Positions 1-12,206 of a stretch of DNA of 64,000 nucleotides are shown in pieces; the stretch's first letter is position 1; the number at the start of each line of letters is the position of its first letter. The translations under genes and the position numbers were made by a program. Origin of the DNA: Oopsacas minuta (Eukaryota > Animalia > Porifera); the NCBI GenBank assembly GCA_024704765.1, contig JAKMXF010000332.1, forward strand, positions 726,018 to 790,017, read 5' to 3'. A model generated the notes under the pieces. The model searched no databases, was not told where the DNA came from, and saw only the letters and a list, made by a program, of their open reading frames with translations.

Positions 1-1566
1 AATAGAATTTCGTATGCGAATATCGAGGTATTCAATCAATCCATGGTTCAAAATTTTCAGCAACCACCATTGCCTTAGCGTATTCAATGCTATGGTTTGC
101 CTTAGTATGGCCTCTTAAAGGATTGAAATCAACAAAACGCGACCAGCGAATACTAACAAATGATGGATTTAGGTTCTATATGTGTAAACACATTCACAGA
201 CCGCATTCAAAATATTGAGTGTTTTACAAGTTTTCTGCTGGATAAAATTTCAACCACTTTATGTACAATCTGGAAAATCAGTTGCAATATTTTGCAATTC
301 TCTGAACTTAATTAACAATTACATCCCAGAAATGCTTTAACTGCAAATGTATTAAAAATTGTATTGGCGAACATAAATATGTATTTATAGTAATATGGAG
401 TATCTGAAGCATAGAAACAATAACATTTAATGGCTATTACCGGGATATATGAGAAAAACAAATATTTTCGATCGGCCTAATATGGTAAGTTACTGAATAA
501 CTTGTTAAACGTTAGAACTGGGGAATCAAATATGACTCATGAAGAGGGAGAAAATTATTGGGGATAAACAGTATGAAATGAAGAACTATATCATCAGTAA
601 ATATTCAGAGAGTAATATAATCTGATTGAATCCCTTTCGCCATTTAATGAAAATACTTACATATCACTATGATTCTATTCAAGTAGAAGATCCATCTTTT
701 GTAATCATGATAAAAACGGGCTCGAAATATTTCAAAATCTTCTAAAAAGGCTATTACGCAAGCAAATGATGACAAATGACATTTGAAAGCAGTATCTATG
801 CTTCGATACCATATTTATGTGTTAGCAATATATTTATAGTGCATAACTTAAATAGTTACACTGTCAGGTACATCAAAATATAATAAATTCATGATACGAA
901 ATCCATAGTTTCTAAGGAAATTGAGTTAGTTAGTCAGTTATTACGAAGTATCACACATAATTACATTTATCAAAGGATTTCCTTGCAATTTACGCAAAAA
1001 GATTACAGAAATTCAAAAGCAGATATTTTATGGTAGATCATAGTAGGCATATGCATTTCCCAGTGGTTTGACTTTTTCGCTTCCGAGTATTCTCTTAATC
1101 AGTGACAGAATATATCACCCAAATAAAACATTTACTTTACGTCAAAAATGAATAAGCCAAAAGTCTTGGTTTTAACTAATGAATTAAAGATTTTCATGCA
1201 AATCGTAAAATAATACACTCTGCATGCCAAAACCTTAATCATAAGACAGGACTTTGATCATAACCAAATACAAAATATAGTATTCCATTATCATCCAAAA
1301 GTTATTTAGTTCCTCAAATTACTGGATCCAATTTAATTATCATTTTTCTATTCTAATTTCCATAAAAATATCATAGTGTATTTCGCAGTGTAATCGACAC
1401 ATATTGTCTGCAAATCTAGCAACTTGTAATTGTTACCATAGACGGAACGTTCTATACCTTGAAAACGTGATTTTAGAAGCACAAAATTACAATTACACCC
1501 TGTCTCATTGATTCTATATATAAATATGTAATTTACAACCAAAATCATCCAAATAATTATTAATCA

Positions 1567-2319
1567 TCAGAGAAAACATTCTATTTTATTATGTAGAACT
1601 TGACAATATTTAAGTGCAGTACTGATGGTTGTTAACATGCATTTTAAAGTAGGTACTTGACAACTGCCTTCACCCTGATAAATAACCTCATATTCTTTAC
1701 CGCCGGATCCATCTAATACTACATTTATCAACGATTCTTGTTGGCAGAGGGAGACTATTGGCTTCGTGTTTTGAAGATGATACCTGTGTTGAGATGTTGA
1801 AAGATAAAACACAGTGACAATAAGATGGAAAGAAGAGAGGAAAATATTCAGTAATATTTCTTCTGGAAGTGTAGGTTTGAAAATCATCTGTTTCGAATGA
1901 ATATCTCTTAAATCTGGTCTTTTTGGAGTTTCGAATATATCCTGACAACTGTGAAGAGAGTGAATAATATCTGATAATAGGATAGCCAAATAATAAGGAG
2001 GTAGTTTGTGTAAATTCTGTCTGTGAAGTAAGAGATTAAATCGGTCCATTAATTGTTTCAATTGATTAGATACATCGGTCAACTGAATCAATTTCCAACA
2101 ATTGGAGAAACCTCTAAATCCAGTATGAACTTTATTCTTACTCCCAGATTTAGGAGATGGCTTAATCATTAGGTCGGCACAAGATATATTGTCTCCATCT
2201 ATGTGCAGGGTTCCTGTAACATACTCTCCGCTCTGTTCAGGTATAAGAAGAGCTCGAGACTCCAATCCTAATTCTAACTGAAGTTGAGCTTGACAGCAGG
2301 CCAGTAATTGTCCAATATC
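1567..2319 (-). CDS. ROGDI: ROGDI homologue (Rogdi leucine-zipper family, V-ATPase assembly/Rabconnectin-3 partner), main coding exon; 5' exon(s) unresolved
   Basis: Colinear motifs with animal ROGDI as I recall it: VTGTLHIDGDNISCADL ~ VKGVLTLQGDALSQADV, WKLIQLTDVSNQ ~ WKLQQIQDARNH, FKPTLPEEILLNIFL ~ FAPALPSDLLVNVYI, ALKYCQVLHNKIECF ~ SLQLCQQLKDKISVF. The frame stays open 18 codons upstream of the listed ORF, to a ttattctacgtag|GAT acceptor at 2320/2319. Confidence 0.85.
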   Translation of the reverse strand, partial: DIGQLLACCQAQLQLELGLESRALLIPEQSGEYVTGTLHIDGDNISCADLMIKPSPKSGSKNKVHTGFRGFSNCWKLIQLTDVSNQLKQLMDRFNLLLHRQNLHKLPPYYLAILLSDIIHSLHSCQDIFETPKRPDLRDIHSKQMIFKPTLPEEILLNIFLSSFHLIVTVFYLSTSQHRYHLQNTKPIVSLCQQESLINVVLDGSGGKEYEVIYQGEGSCQVPTLKCMLTTISTALKYCQVLHNKIECFL

Positions 2320-2360
2320 CTACGTAGAATAATTGATATGAATACAATGAATAAATTCAC

Positions 2361-2441
2361 GTTTATATAAAAATGAGAAATGGAGCAAAGCAAGAAGTTA
2401 AATATTTCAATATATTCATGTGATTCAATATTAAAATCATT
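2361..2441 (-). CDS. Candidate upstream ROGDI exon joined by a 41-nt GT-AG intron (2320-2360)
   Basis: Splicing aac|gtgaat...tag|gat gives EIFNFLLCSISHFYINDIGQLL, which aligns without gaps to [22 protein letters not shown]. There is no ATG in this frame, so it is tentative. Confidence 0.35.
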
Positions 2442-4152
2442 CTATGTCACATATCCAGGGTGGGTGAATCTATTCCCTGCATCCGTCGCTAAGGATACCA
2501 CATGGCAAAGATCTTTACCTAGGTGTAGGGGCACAGCCCTATGCCTCTAGTAGTGAAATCATAAAGAGTAATATATTACCTCACTTTGTTCGCATATTTC
2601 TTATTATATCATGATCTATCACCCAATTATCAATAATAGTTATCTTGTATTGACAAACGGACCGAAACGAAGGCACTCGAAGACTCCAAGGGCTGATTTT
2701 TGACATACAGGAGTAATTATGGCTTGCCTAGGAAAATTCGAGTCTTGGGTGAAAAATCAAACCTATGACGAAATTATTACATAATAGCCACCTTATTGAA
2801 ATTTAGAAAATTATATATAGGCAATTTACATGATAGAATTTAGAAAGTTTAATCACAGGTGCCCCTCAATATAACAATGTCCTGACGCCACGATTTTGTA
2901 AAATGCCTCTTATCATGGAATTATGACGTCATCATGACTATACAAAAGTAGCATATCCTGAAAGCCTGGCGTTGCGACCAAAAGCATCAAGAATTTAACT
3001 CTTTAATGCTTAAGCTAACCAGAGGCATTAAGCTGTCCTAGCAAGCGAAGCGCGCTAGCGTCTTATAATTTGATTATTCCTTGAGAAAATATATACAACA
3101 TATTCACATTAGAAAAGCACAAATTATGTGTTTGTGTATTTGAATATGCCGAAATCGGGGGTTTTATCCATTCCTTTACATGAGGAATGAAGACGAAATA
3201 TTTTGGTGGTGTTGACTGCGATAGCCTATTTATTTACAACATATATGATTTTCGAGGACAGAAGAACCTGGTAAGACAAAAATAACCGGTGTAAAATACC
3301 CTGATATATACTGTATACAAATTGCAGACCAAATGTGTGTTAAGCAGTTAAGAGAATTTATCATTATGTAGATTCGATTATACTTGAAAGTAGAAAGCTG
3401 ACAAATTTGATAGCAATTATATCTTGGCGTCCAAAGTGACCCACTAGGGGCTTTACAACCTTCACAACTGGATGGTTAGCAACCACCAAGAATTCTTGCA
3501 TCCGCCACTGTGCATTACTCTTCAAAAAGCCGTCCCCGAGGAATGGCATATTGATAAACCCAAATAAAACTTTACATATCGTGAAAGTTGGTAATTTAAA
3601 TAAGAAACATTTACATATCACTGAAAATCACTGAAGATTGAAAGAATACAGAGACAACATACAGGCGCAAATTACTACATTATCCGTTATCAGTTCAGGC
3701 GTGTGACGAATATCATGGAACAATATCGAATCCATATTATCACATTTTGGATCAAAGTGCGAAATGATACTACAAAATATATCATACCTTAGAAACGTAT
3801 TTAAATATGAAGACCATCAAGAAAAAGAAGCAGAAGAATAGTTGCAAGTTGAATAACGCTTTATGCTTTCATTATTTTACGAATTATTCATAGAATATAG
3901 GCATCAACTCTAATTCAAGAAGCTCAACTAGAAAAATTTCATAAATTGTTCTGAAATTCATTAGTTGAGCCACTCAAATTATCCCATGATGAGTTTACAT
4001 TTGGCCAACATCCTGACATCAGAAAATTTGTCACATTTAAGGATACTTGAGATGCTATGATTTGGCTTAGCATTCTATACACTAAGACAATGACAGTCAC
4101 TAATTTATATGGGCCATGGATACACTCATATATTCAAATCAAACGTCTCATT

Positions 4153-4623
4153 CAGGGCTGTATCAACTCATTTTGAGTTGGCAAAATCAACTCATTTTTT
4201 TTCTACCAACTCATTCATTTTTATTGCACTAACTCATTTAACTCATTCATTTTGATGTAACCAACTCAATCAACTCATTCAATTCATCTAGCTTATGTAA
4301 CTAACTCATTCAACTTATTTCAACTCATTCAATAAAATGAGTTGATTATGCCAACTCAAAATGAGTTGATTCAGCCAATTCATTAATCTGAAATGAGTTG
4401 GTTCAATCAACTCATTATCTAAAATGAGTTGGTTCAGCCAACTCATTAATCTGAAATGAGTTGGTTCAATCAACTCATTATCTAAAATGAGTTGGTTCAA
4501 TCAACTCATTTCAACTCATTTCATTGAACTATCAACTCATTCATTTGAGGGTTACCAACTCATTCAACTCATTCAATAAAATGAGTTGATTTTGCAAACT
4601 CAAAATGAGTTGATACAGCCCTG
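4153..4623. mobile_element. hAT-type MITE built from AACTCATT modules
   Basis: TIR CAGGGCTGTATCAACTCATTTTGAGTT(G/T)GCAAAATCAACTCATTTT at both ends; perfect 8-bp target duplication GTCTCATT at 4145-4152 and 4624-4631. Confidence 0.9.
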
Positions 4624-4965
4624 GTCTCATTAAATATCATCTATTGTTTCATTTTGTATCTAAAAGGCTAAGAAAAGAAAAACAATCCATGGATCTCGCT
4701 AAACTTTCACCAGGGATGCGTTTGCAGATGAATTTATTAATAACTCATGATGGTAAAATTATTTATTCTACATATATACAAATACATATAATTAAACCAT
4801 AATCCTTAAATGCATTACTAAATATAAATTAACAAAAGTGAATTTTTTACACTACTAGCACTAGGCCAAATACATTTAGTCTTTCTATACAGATTGTATT
4901 ATATTTTTATTACCTTTACGTGTATCTTTAACTTAGCTACTGTTATGTCATTTTTCTAACCCTCT

Positions 4966-5602
4966 ATGAGTTGTCTTGTTCCTGGGTGTAATTCTAACTA
5001 CAGAGGTACAGATTATACTCAAGTTTTCAACTTTTCCTAAAGACGAGGAATTGCGAAACAAATGGTTCAGAAGTATTCCTAGACCAAGTAGAGAATATGA
5101 AAACAATAAAGAGTTGAAAGTAAGTCATTTTGTTTGGTTTCAACTACGCTTACATTTCGATTTGTAATAAATTTGATAAGACTGATGTTAGCAAAAAACT
5201 AATATTAGAATAATACGACTTCAGGCTTGCAGTATATTATTAGTCAAGAAAAATAGTTGCAGGATTGTATAGTTGGTGCTTTCAAGGACTTAATTAAGTT
5301 AATACTATGCCGATAACTATATTCTACCCGTCATATTGGTATGCATCCATCACTTCCAAGAAAAGGATATTCAAAAAACCTTTCAACTTTTTGATTCTGT
5401 ACTAATGGTGACACACCAACAGGATCGTTTCATCCCAACGAAGTCTGCTGTACCCTGTGTCTTTCTGAATTGTCCCAAGTATATGAGCAACACAACTGAA
5501 AAACCAAAGAGGTTTTCAAGAGCTGCTAAAGAGCTGACATTCTTTCAAGCTTCACTGAACCAAAGCCAATTGGATAATAAAACTACAACAGCTATGTCAT
5601 AA
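4966..5602 (+). pseudogene. THAP zinc-finger domain (P-element/THAP9-like transposase N-terminus), frameshifted, with one intron
   Basis: MSCLVPGCNSNY...FPKDEELRNKWFRSIPR|VCIHHF...AVPCVF carries the THAP C-x4-C, FP, W, C-x2-H and AVP signatures. One extra T near 5030; gtaagt donor at 5120; acceptor mutated to TTG at 5336-5338. Confidence 0.75.
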
Positions 5603-6722
5603 TTACGTTTCTCATAGATATTGTGGATAAATTGTCTTTGATCGGATTGGCTAAGAGCTGGAGTCCCCATAGACATGATGCTAATTTGTGTTTTACTAAA
5701 ATCATTTGTTAAAGGGCACACCATGATTTGTCGTTGGTTATGCCGTATTTTCATATCTCAAGAAGTCAAATGGTTGTCAAATATGTAAATCTTTCTTAAC
5801 AACTGATAAATTTATTCGAGTTATTAATTACGTGGAGGTGAATTTAGATTGATAGAATTACTAGATAGGTTTTCTAATGTATCCGTCTGCTCAAGTAATT
5901 GAACTTAGAAAGATTATAGCAGAGATTATTTTAGAAAATTGATAATAATAAGGATTTATTTCAAGATTTTTATAATGGATCATCCCGAACCAAGCTTGTA
6001 AAATTATCTTGCGCTGTAATAGAGAATGAACAAGGTGAAATATGGAGGATTTGGTGTAATTTAATGTGTCTCATTGGGAAATATTAAGAAACTATGACGA
6101 ACTTTTTCTAATTGCATTCTTTTTGAGAAGGTTAAAACATTTAATGTGTTAGTATCAAGTAACAACAACACTAAGCTTAAGAAATATAACTAATGTATTT
6201 GTGAATTCTTCTAGTTTTATCACTGACTTCAAATCTCCAATCTAAGCTATATGAAGAGTGTAATGGTCTATCTATCTATCAAAAGTAATATTTAAGATAT
6301 TAGCTTATGGTATTAGAATCAGTTTGATACTTTATAATTTTTTGTATTTCTTTGATATTATATTTTGGAATTAAACAATCTCTCACTACCTAGTAATAAT
6401 TAGCATTTTGGTAGTGTACTAATAGGGATTCGTGAGCTTAGTAAGAATTGATCTTAGGAGGTTCCCAATTAACTACTAACCAGTTTTGGGCATATGACTT
6501 TGTTATGTCTTACGAAAACAGAATATTTCTTGATCTGCAATAATATAGTTAATGTATAAATTTGAATATATGAGTGCATCCATGGTCCATATAAATTGGT
6601 GTCTGCCATTGCCTTAGTGTATAGAATACAATGGCCAAATGTATTCAAATGTGACTAAACAAATCTTCCAAATTTCTAAATGCGAAAACTGTAAAATACG
6701 CGTGTTACTAATATTGCTACTA

Positions 6723-8013
6723 CAAGAGTTGTTCAATAAATAATGAGACATTTTCCATAATTTGTATAGTAAACCTATACTTATCATAATTGATTATCAA
6801 ATGTTTCGATGAATTCCCCCTTTAACTTTATACATCGTTTCCATCGTTCTGGTAACTTTCCGGCCCAGTGGTATAGGATTATTTAGGGATTCATTTTCCC
6901 ACTGTTGTATTTCATACTCAAGCCATTTGAAATCTCTTCTCTGAAAGGCGTCTCTTCATCTTTCCAAATAGCCAGTAGTCGCTGGGAGCCAGGTCTGGAC
7001 TATACGGGGGATGAGGGAGGCATTCGAATCCTAAGTCGTCAATTGTAGCCATTGTCTTGGAGCTTACATGGGACTTGTGTTGTCATGATACTGCAATACG
7101 CCACGTGTTAACCTGCCCCGCCTCTCACGTTTAATCGCTTGACGCAATTCTTTCAATTCGTCAACGTAATAATCACTGTTTATGGTGGTCTTCTCAGGTA
7201 ACCAGTCGAGGTATATAATTCCTTCCCTATCCCAAAATACTGTTGCCATTCTCTTCCCTGCTGATTTTCCGGCCTTTGCCTTGATGGGTACAGGTTCATC
7301 ACGTCTCTTCCACTGCTTCGATTGAGTTTTGCTCTCTGGTTCATAATAATGAAACCAAGTTTCATCCCCCATTACTATACGATCCAAAAAGTCTTCCTCT
7401 GCCTTGTATCTTAAAAGTAATTCTTTGCTAACTCTGACCCTTTCGTGTTTGCGTTATTTTGAAAGAAGTTTTGGGACCCAACGCGTAGTTACCTTCGACA
7501 TTTCCAGATCTTCAGTGATAGTCAAATGTAATGTGGCTTTATATACCTACCCGCTCTTCTAACTCCCGCAGGGTTATTCGTCTGTCCTCGTACAAAATTG
7601 TTTGGATCCTCTCGATATTACTGCGGGTTTTTGAGGAAGTCGAACAACCTGGACGAGGGTTATCGTTGAGGTCCTCATCGCCATTATCAAAACGTCTGAT
7701 CCATCTATATATGGTGGCTTTCATAGGACATTCATCACCGAAAATATCCTGCATTTCACGAAGCCAGTCTTCCCCTTTTTCCACTGGTACTAAATTATTT
7801 GTCGTTTTCCTTCTTTGCTAAAATCCATTAGTTGATAAAAGTAGCCTATACAAATGAAAATTTATACTGAAGAATATGTTAGTATAGTAAAGAGTATATT
7901 GTATTTAGGTTAGACAATCAAGTTAGGCTTGTAATCTGATATTAGGCTTAGAGCTATATTAACTAGAATATGAATTCGATAAATTAGTCTCATTACTTAT
8001 TGAACAACCCTTG
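6723..8013 (-). mobile_element. mariner (DD34D-type) transposon, full length, frameshifted
   Basis: TA-flanked TIRs (caagagttgttcaataaataatgagac / agtctcattacttattgaacaacccttg); motifs GDETWFHYYEPE, YHDNTSP and HPPYSPDLAPSDYWLF. Confidence 0.92.
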
Positions 8014-9577
8014 TAACTATCACAGAAAACCATTAAATGGAATTTGGATAGGTCATGGATAATAAAAAAATATAATGTCCACAAAAATTAACCTCGAGGG
8101 ATATAGAGCTGAGTATATCCCAAATATTTGGACATACACAAAGGAGGTGCCATGAATGCATTAGAACGAGGTAATCCGTAGCACATAATATGATTTAATA
8201 GTATTAAGTTCAGTTACAAGTCCTAAAATAACACAAAATTTGTGAAAACTAGAAAAAACACTTGGCACTAGCAATGGGAACTGACAATTTCATTGGCACT
8301 GAACAGGCTAAATGAAGTTTGCGAATCCGCTACGTATTCCGTCGCTAAGATAACATTCATCATTAATTTGCGCTGTCACACACCAGCCTGGAGCGTACAG
8401 TCATTCTTGAGACAGTGCTCACCAAGGAGTACATGTAGGTGTCATGGATACGTAAGACGTCACACTAAAATATTGATTGAAATGTCTATATATGATATCA
8501 GATACATTGTTATAGGTCAGGGGTGTTGGTAGTAACTAAGAAGCATGGCTGCTCGGTGAGTGAGTATTATTTAGATTGTCGGCCCAGCTATTTCAACTTT
8601 TTGCTTACTTTGTAAAAACGACATTAAATTTACATATGAGAAACTTGAAACTGCGAAATTCGGATTCAGCGTAGTTGATTACCCTAAATTTAGATATGAT
8701 GAATTCAAAATGGAAAAATTTGATTCAGCTAATGGTTACTTTCTTGGTAAACACGATAAATGCCTAGATAGGCGACCTCTCAGGATTGAAAAATTCTACT
8801 TCAATATAGAATTCCATAAATCCTTTGCTTAATAACGAACAATCAAACAGACAGACAGAGAGATAAACAAATTTGGCTGCAATTTAAGAATAAGATACGG
8901 TTTTAACGACTATTCCAGGGGTCTGAATAAAAGGAGAGTTGGAAAATTGGAAATTGAATAAAAGAGGGGTGTGCTCAGTTGAATACTACACTAACTTCAC
9001 AATCGTATACATTAATTTCATCAAAAAATACCTGTAGGCCAATACAGAATTCATTTTGCATGAACCATTCATATTCTTTAGAAAATGTATGTATCCCTTC
9101 ATGGTGAATTGAAGAGAATTCCAAATGGAACGGATTAATACGAGAAAGAGCCTTAGGAGAAAGTAGCCGATGTTTATCATTGCCAAAGTATCTGGATTCG
9201 TCAGTAGCAGACATGATGAATATGTACCCAAGATGGAACAATTATGATAATAAAATATTTCAGAAGCTAACAGAGAGAGGGAGGGAAATAAAGATTAGAT
9301 CATGTTATATTGACAACATTAGAGATAGGAAAAATAAAAAGGGTAAAAAATTAATTCAAGTTCATTCTTATTACAAAATGGCGATGCGGGTACTCAGGTA
9401 ATCTAAAAGATACAGTGAAAACGGTTGTTGACAATGCTATATGCCCTGGAAATAATTATCCCAATTCAACTAATAAACTATTATAAACTTCGAGGATGAA
9501 CTTCTTAGCTTCGGTTCATCGAGTTAGTGTATATGGTAGAGAATACAAAACCAATAAGTATACTAACCAAACAATTA

Positions 9578-10306
9578 CAGTGAAACCTCTGGAATCGGGG
9601 CATGCGGAATACTAGGAAAATTTCTGACGCCCCGATTGTGGAAATTCCCCGATTCTGGATTTCAGTGTGGTATTGTGTCAAAATCACCATTTTCCGTATA
9701 TATGTAGTTCATATTATGTCATACTATTGTTTCGTGTTGCTAGTCACACTGTAACGTTAAAATATTTCATTCTGCTACATATTGCTAATCCTGAACACCT
9801 CTAAAGTGAAAATCTTGCTGGTTCCAAAGTTGTTCACTTTTTAGAAATTATACTGTTACTCGCATAATAGAATATTAATTTCTACGCTACATTTTGCCCA
9901 TGAAGAAGGCTAGGAACGATCTCTCTGTTCTGGATAAGGTGGCAGTGACGAAGGAATTGCAGGCAGGTGCTCGCAAAGTTATTGTAGGTTCTGTGTAGCA
10001 CATATTTACCCTCAGAGGCGGATTGAATTGATTTTTTGTTCACTTAGGTAACATTTATATTGTGTTGTATTCGATAGTTATTGCAAAAAAATAATTATTG
10101 AGTTGATTTCAGTATTGATGCCCCGATTGCGTAGGGGATTTTAGTATTAGTTCTAGCAAGCTGAAAGAATTAGATTTTCAGGGTTCGCCCCGATTCTCCG
10201 ATTGTCGCTATTTCCCCGATTCCAGAGGTTCATTTGTATGGGAAAATATTTTCGCGAAATTCAAGTGCCCTGTTTTCAGAGTTCCCCGATTCCAGAGGTA
10301 TCACTG
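9578..10306 (+). mobile_element. pogo/Tigger-like internally deleted element
   Basis: TA|CAGTGAAACCTCTGGAATCGGGG and CCCCGATTCCAGAGGTATCACTG|TA termini; residual CENP-B-type HTH start MKKARNDLSVLDKVAVTKEL at about 9900. Confidence 0.8.
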
Positions 10307-10899
10307 TAACAATATTTCATTATTTTGAGCAATGAAAATTGCACTCGAAATAAGGAAATGTTGATCGTTGACACATGTAAGAGAGCAAGAAACATAGGAG
10401 GAAAATAACTTGAATGAAAATCCGTTAAAGAGGTTTTAAGACGAATTGAAAGATTTGAATAAATTCGTTTATTTCTGTTCGACATATTGGGCAGGACACG
10501 TTCTCCAAAATAAAATGCTGGGACCACCAGAACTGAGCTTGTAGGTTCCTCTCTTGGTTGGCAACAAATTATGCAATTATTGGTTTTAGGGATCTACATG
10601 CAACGTTTCCAGGTCGATCCTGTACTGTATTCCTGAGTATCGAAGCACCAAATACTGACCTTCAACTAAATATGCGTCTCCCATGTGATATAATCGGCGC
10701 CTTTTGATATCCTAGTTGTCCAGACTTGTACATATTAACATCATATGAAATACGAGAGATGCATAATAAATGTTGAAATTTCATAGTAAAAGAGGGATAC
10801 CACCATATTCAATACTTTTTAGCTATAAATCGAAAGAAAATAAGCTTTTACATATGTAAACGATACTTACACAAACATTGGATAATATAAACTATATTA

Positions 10900-12198
10900 C
10901 CACGCGCGTACAATAAATTCTGAGCACTGTGTTGCTGTGGAGATTTATAACACAACTATAATAAATTGATATTTGATTATGAATATTCAATCCTCTATCT
11001 ACAAGCTAGTATTGATTTTTCAATATAACTTGAAAACTCAAAAGTTATATCAAATTTTACAACAGGTCTTTGTATACTATACCTTTATGGCATCACTTGG
11101 CAAGAATTCTAAAATCGAGCAAAGAGCTTTTGTCAAGATTCGTACTCTCCTCGGGCAATCTGCACACGAGATACATCTTGATTTAGTTCAATTCTACAGC
11201 ACAAAAGGTGCTCTGTCCTTTCCAGGAGTCAGAAGATGGACTCACCGGTTCAGGCTGGGAAGAAAGTCTATCGAAGATGACCCTCGGTCTGGAGCACCAA
11301 TTACGACTGCATCTCCCATTAAATTTAACGATATCAAGAAGCTGATAGACCTAGACCCACATATAACTATCAGGGAACTTTCTAATAGTATTGGCATCTC
11401 GATGGGAAGTGTAGACCACATTTTAAGATCACAGCTGAAGTTGACGAAGGTTTGTGCCAGATTGGTCCCACATTACTCACAAAGGCCAAAGAGACAAGGG
11501 TGAGATGTTATCGTAATCTACTGAATCCTACAAAGAATGCGATCTACGAAGATTATTTGAGATAGTGACTGGTGATGAGACATGGGTTCGGTATAACACA
11601 CATTTTCCAAACAAACAAATAAGGTGTGGATAGGAAAGCACTCGGTCCCTCCGATCATATCGCGTCCAGATTTCAGATCATCAAGGATCATGTATTGCAT
11701 ATTTTTTTATGCATGTGGCCCTATGGCCCAGGTGATAGTTCCAAATGGACAAACTGTTAATGGAAGCTTCTACACTAATAATTTTTTTGGTGCAGTCGAA
11801 GAGAGCTTGTCGAAGAGGAGGGAAAGGACTGGTGCTAAAGGGTTGAAATTATTACATGATAATGCCAGTCCTCGCTAAACCAAGCAGGTCAAAGAAAAAG
11901 TCTTAAAGATGGGGATGATTGAGCTTGAACATTCACCCTACAGACCAGATCTAGCTCCTTGTGATTTCTAGCTCTTCCCTAAGCTAAGGAAGGCCTCTCT
12001 TGGCGTCATTTCAGCAACAGCGCAGAGCTATGATCGGCGATTTTCCAGTATCTTAAACAGATACAGCCAGGAGACTATAAAGATATTATTGGAAAAGGTT
12101 GGAGAGTCTTCAAAGCTGTATAAATAACGGTGGGGAGTATTTCGAAAAGTTAAACATTGATTGTTTGTGTGCAACATAATCTGGGTACTTTGGGGGTA
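10900..12198 (+). mobile_element. mariner transposon, degenerate; right end interrupted by the hAT insertion
   Basis: From 11087 MASLGKNSKIEQRAF..., then EDDPRSGAP, TGDETW, LLHDNASP and HSPYRPDLAPCDF in shifted frames. Confidence 0.88.
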
Positions 12199-12206
12199 GT
12201 GATCAG

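Larger units (their letters stand above)
4061..6639 (+). mobile_element. Degenerate THAP/P-element-like transposon bounded by about 80 bp imperfect inverted repeats
   Basis: 4061-4139 (tttggcttagcattctatacactaagacaatg...ccatggatacactcatatattcaaat) is the imperfect reverse complement of 6560-6639. A THAP domain lies between them. Confidence 0.45.

Noticed and set aside
140-1340. Degraded coding-like sequence (FTSFLLDKIS, LPGYMRK) hinting at a P-element transposase tail
   Set aside because: Motifs are too short and interrupted to support a call by eye.
3364-3621. 85-aa ORF considered as the ROGDI first exon
   Set aside because: No ROGDI similarity; it overlaps a hAT-like terminus (CAGTGGCGGATGC on the minus strand at 3510).
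4315-4500. 61-aa ORF with a 21-aa repeat
   Set aside because: Reads through the 63-bp duplication of the non-coding hAT MITE.
8975-9401. Overlapping 73-88 aa ORFs, possibly a host exon
   Set aside because: No recognisable domain and no frame preferred.
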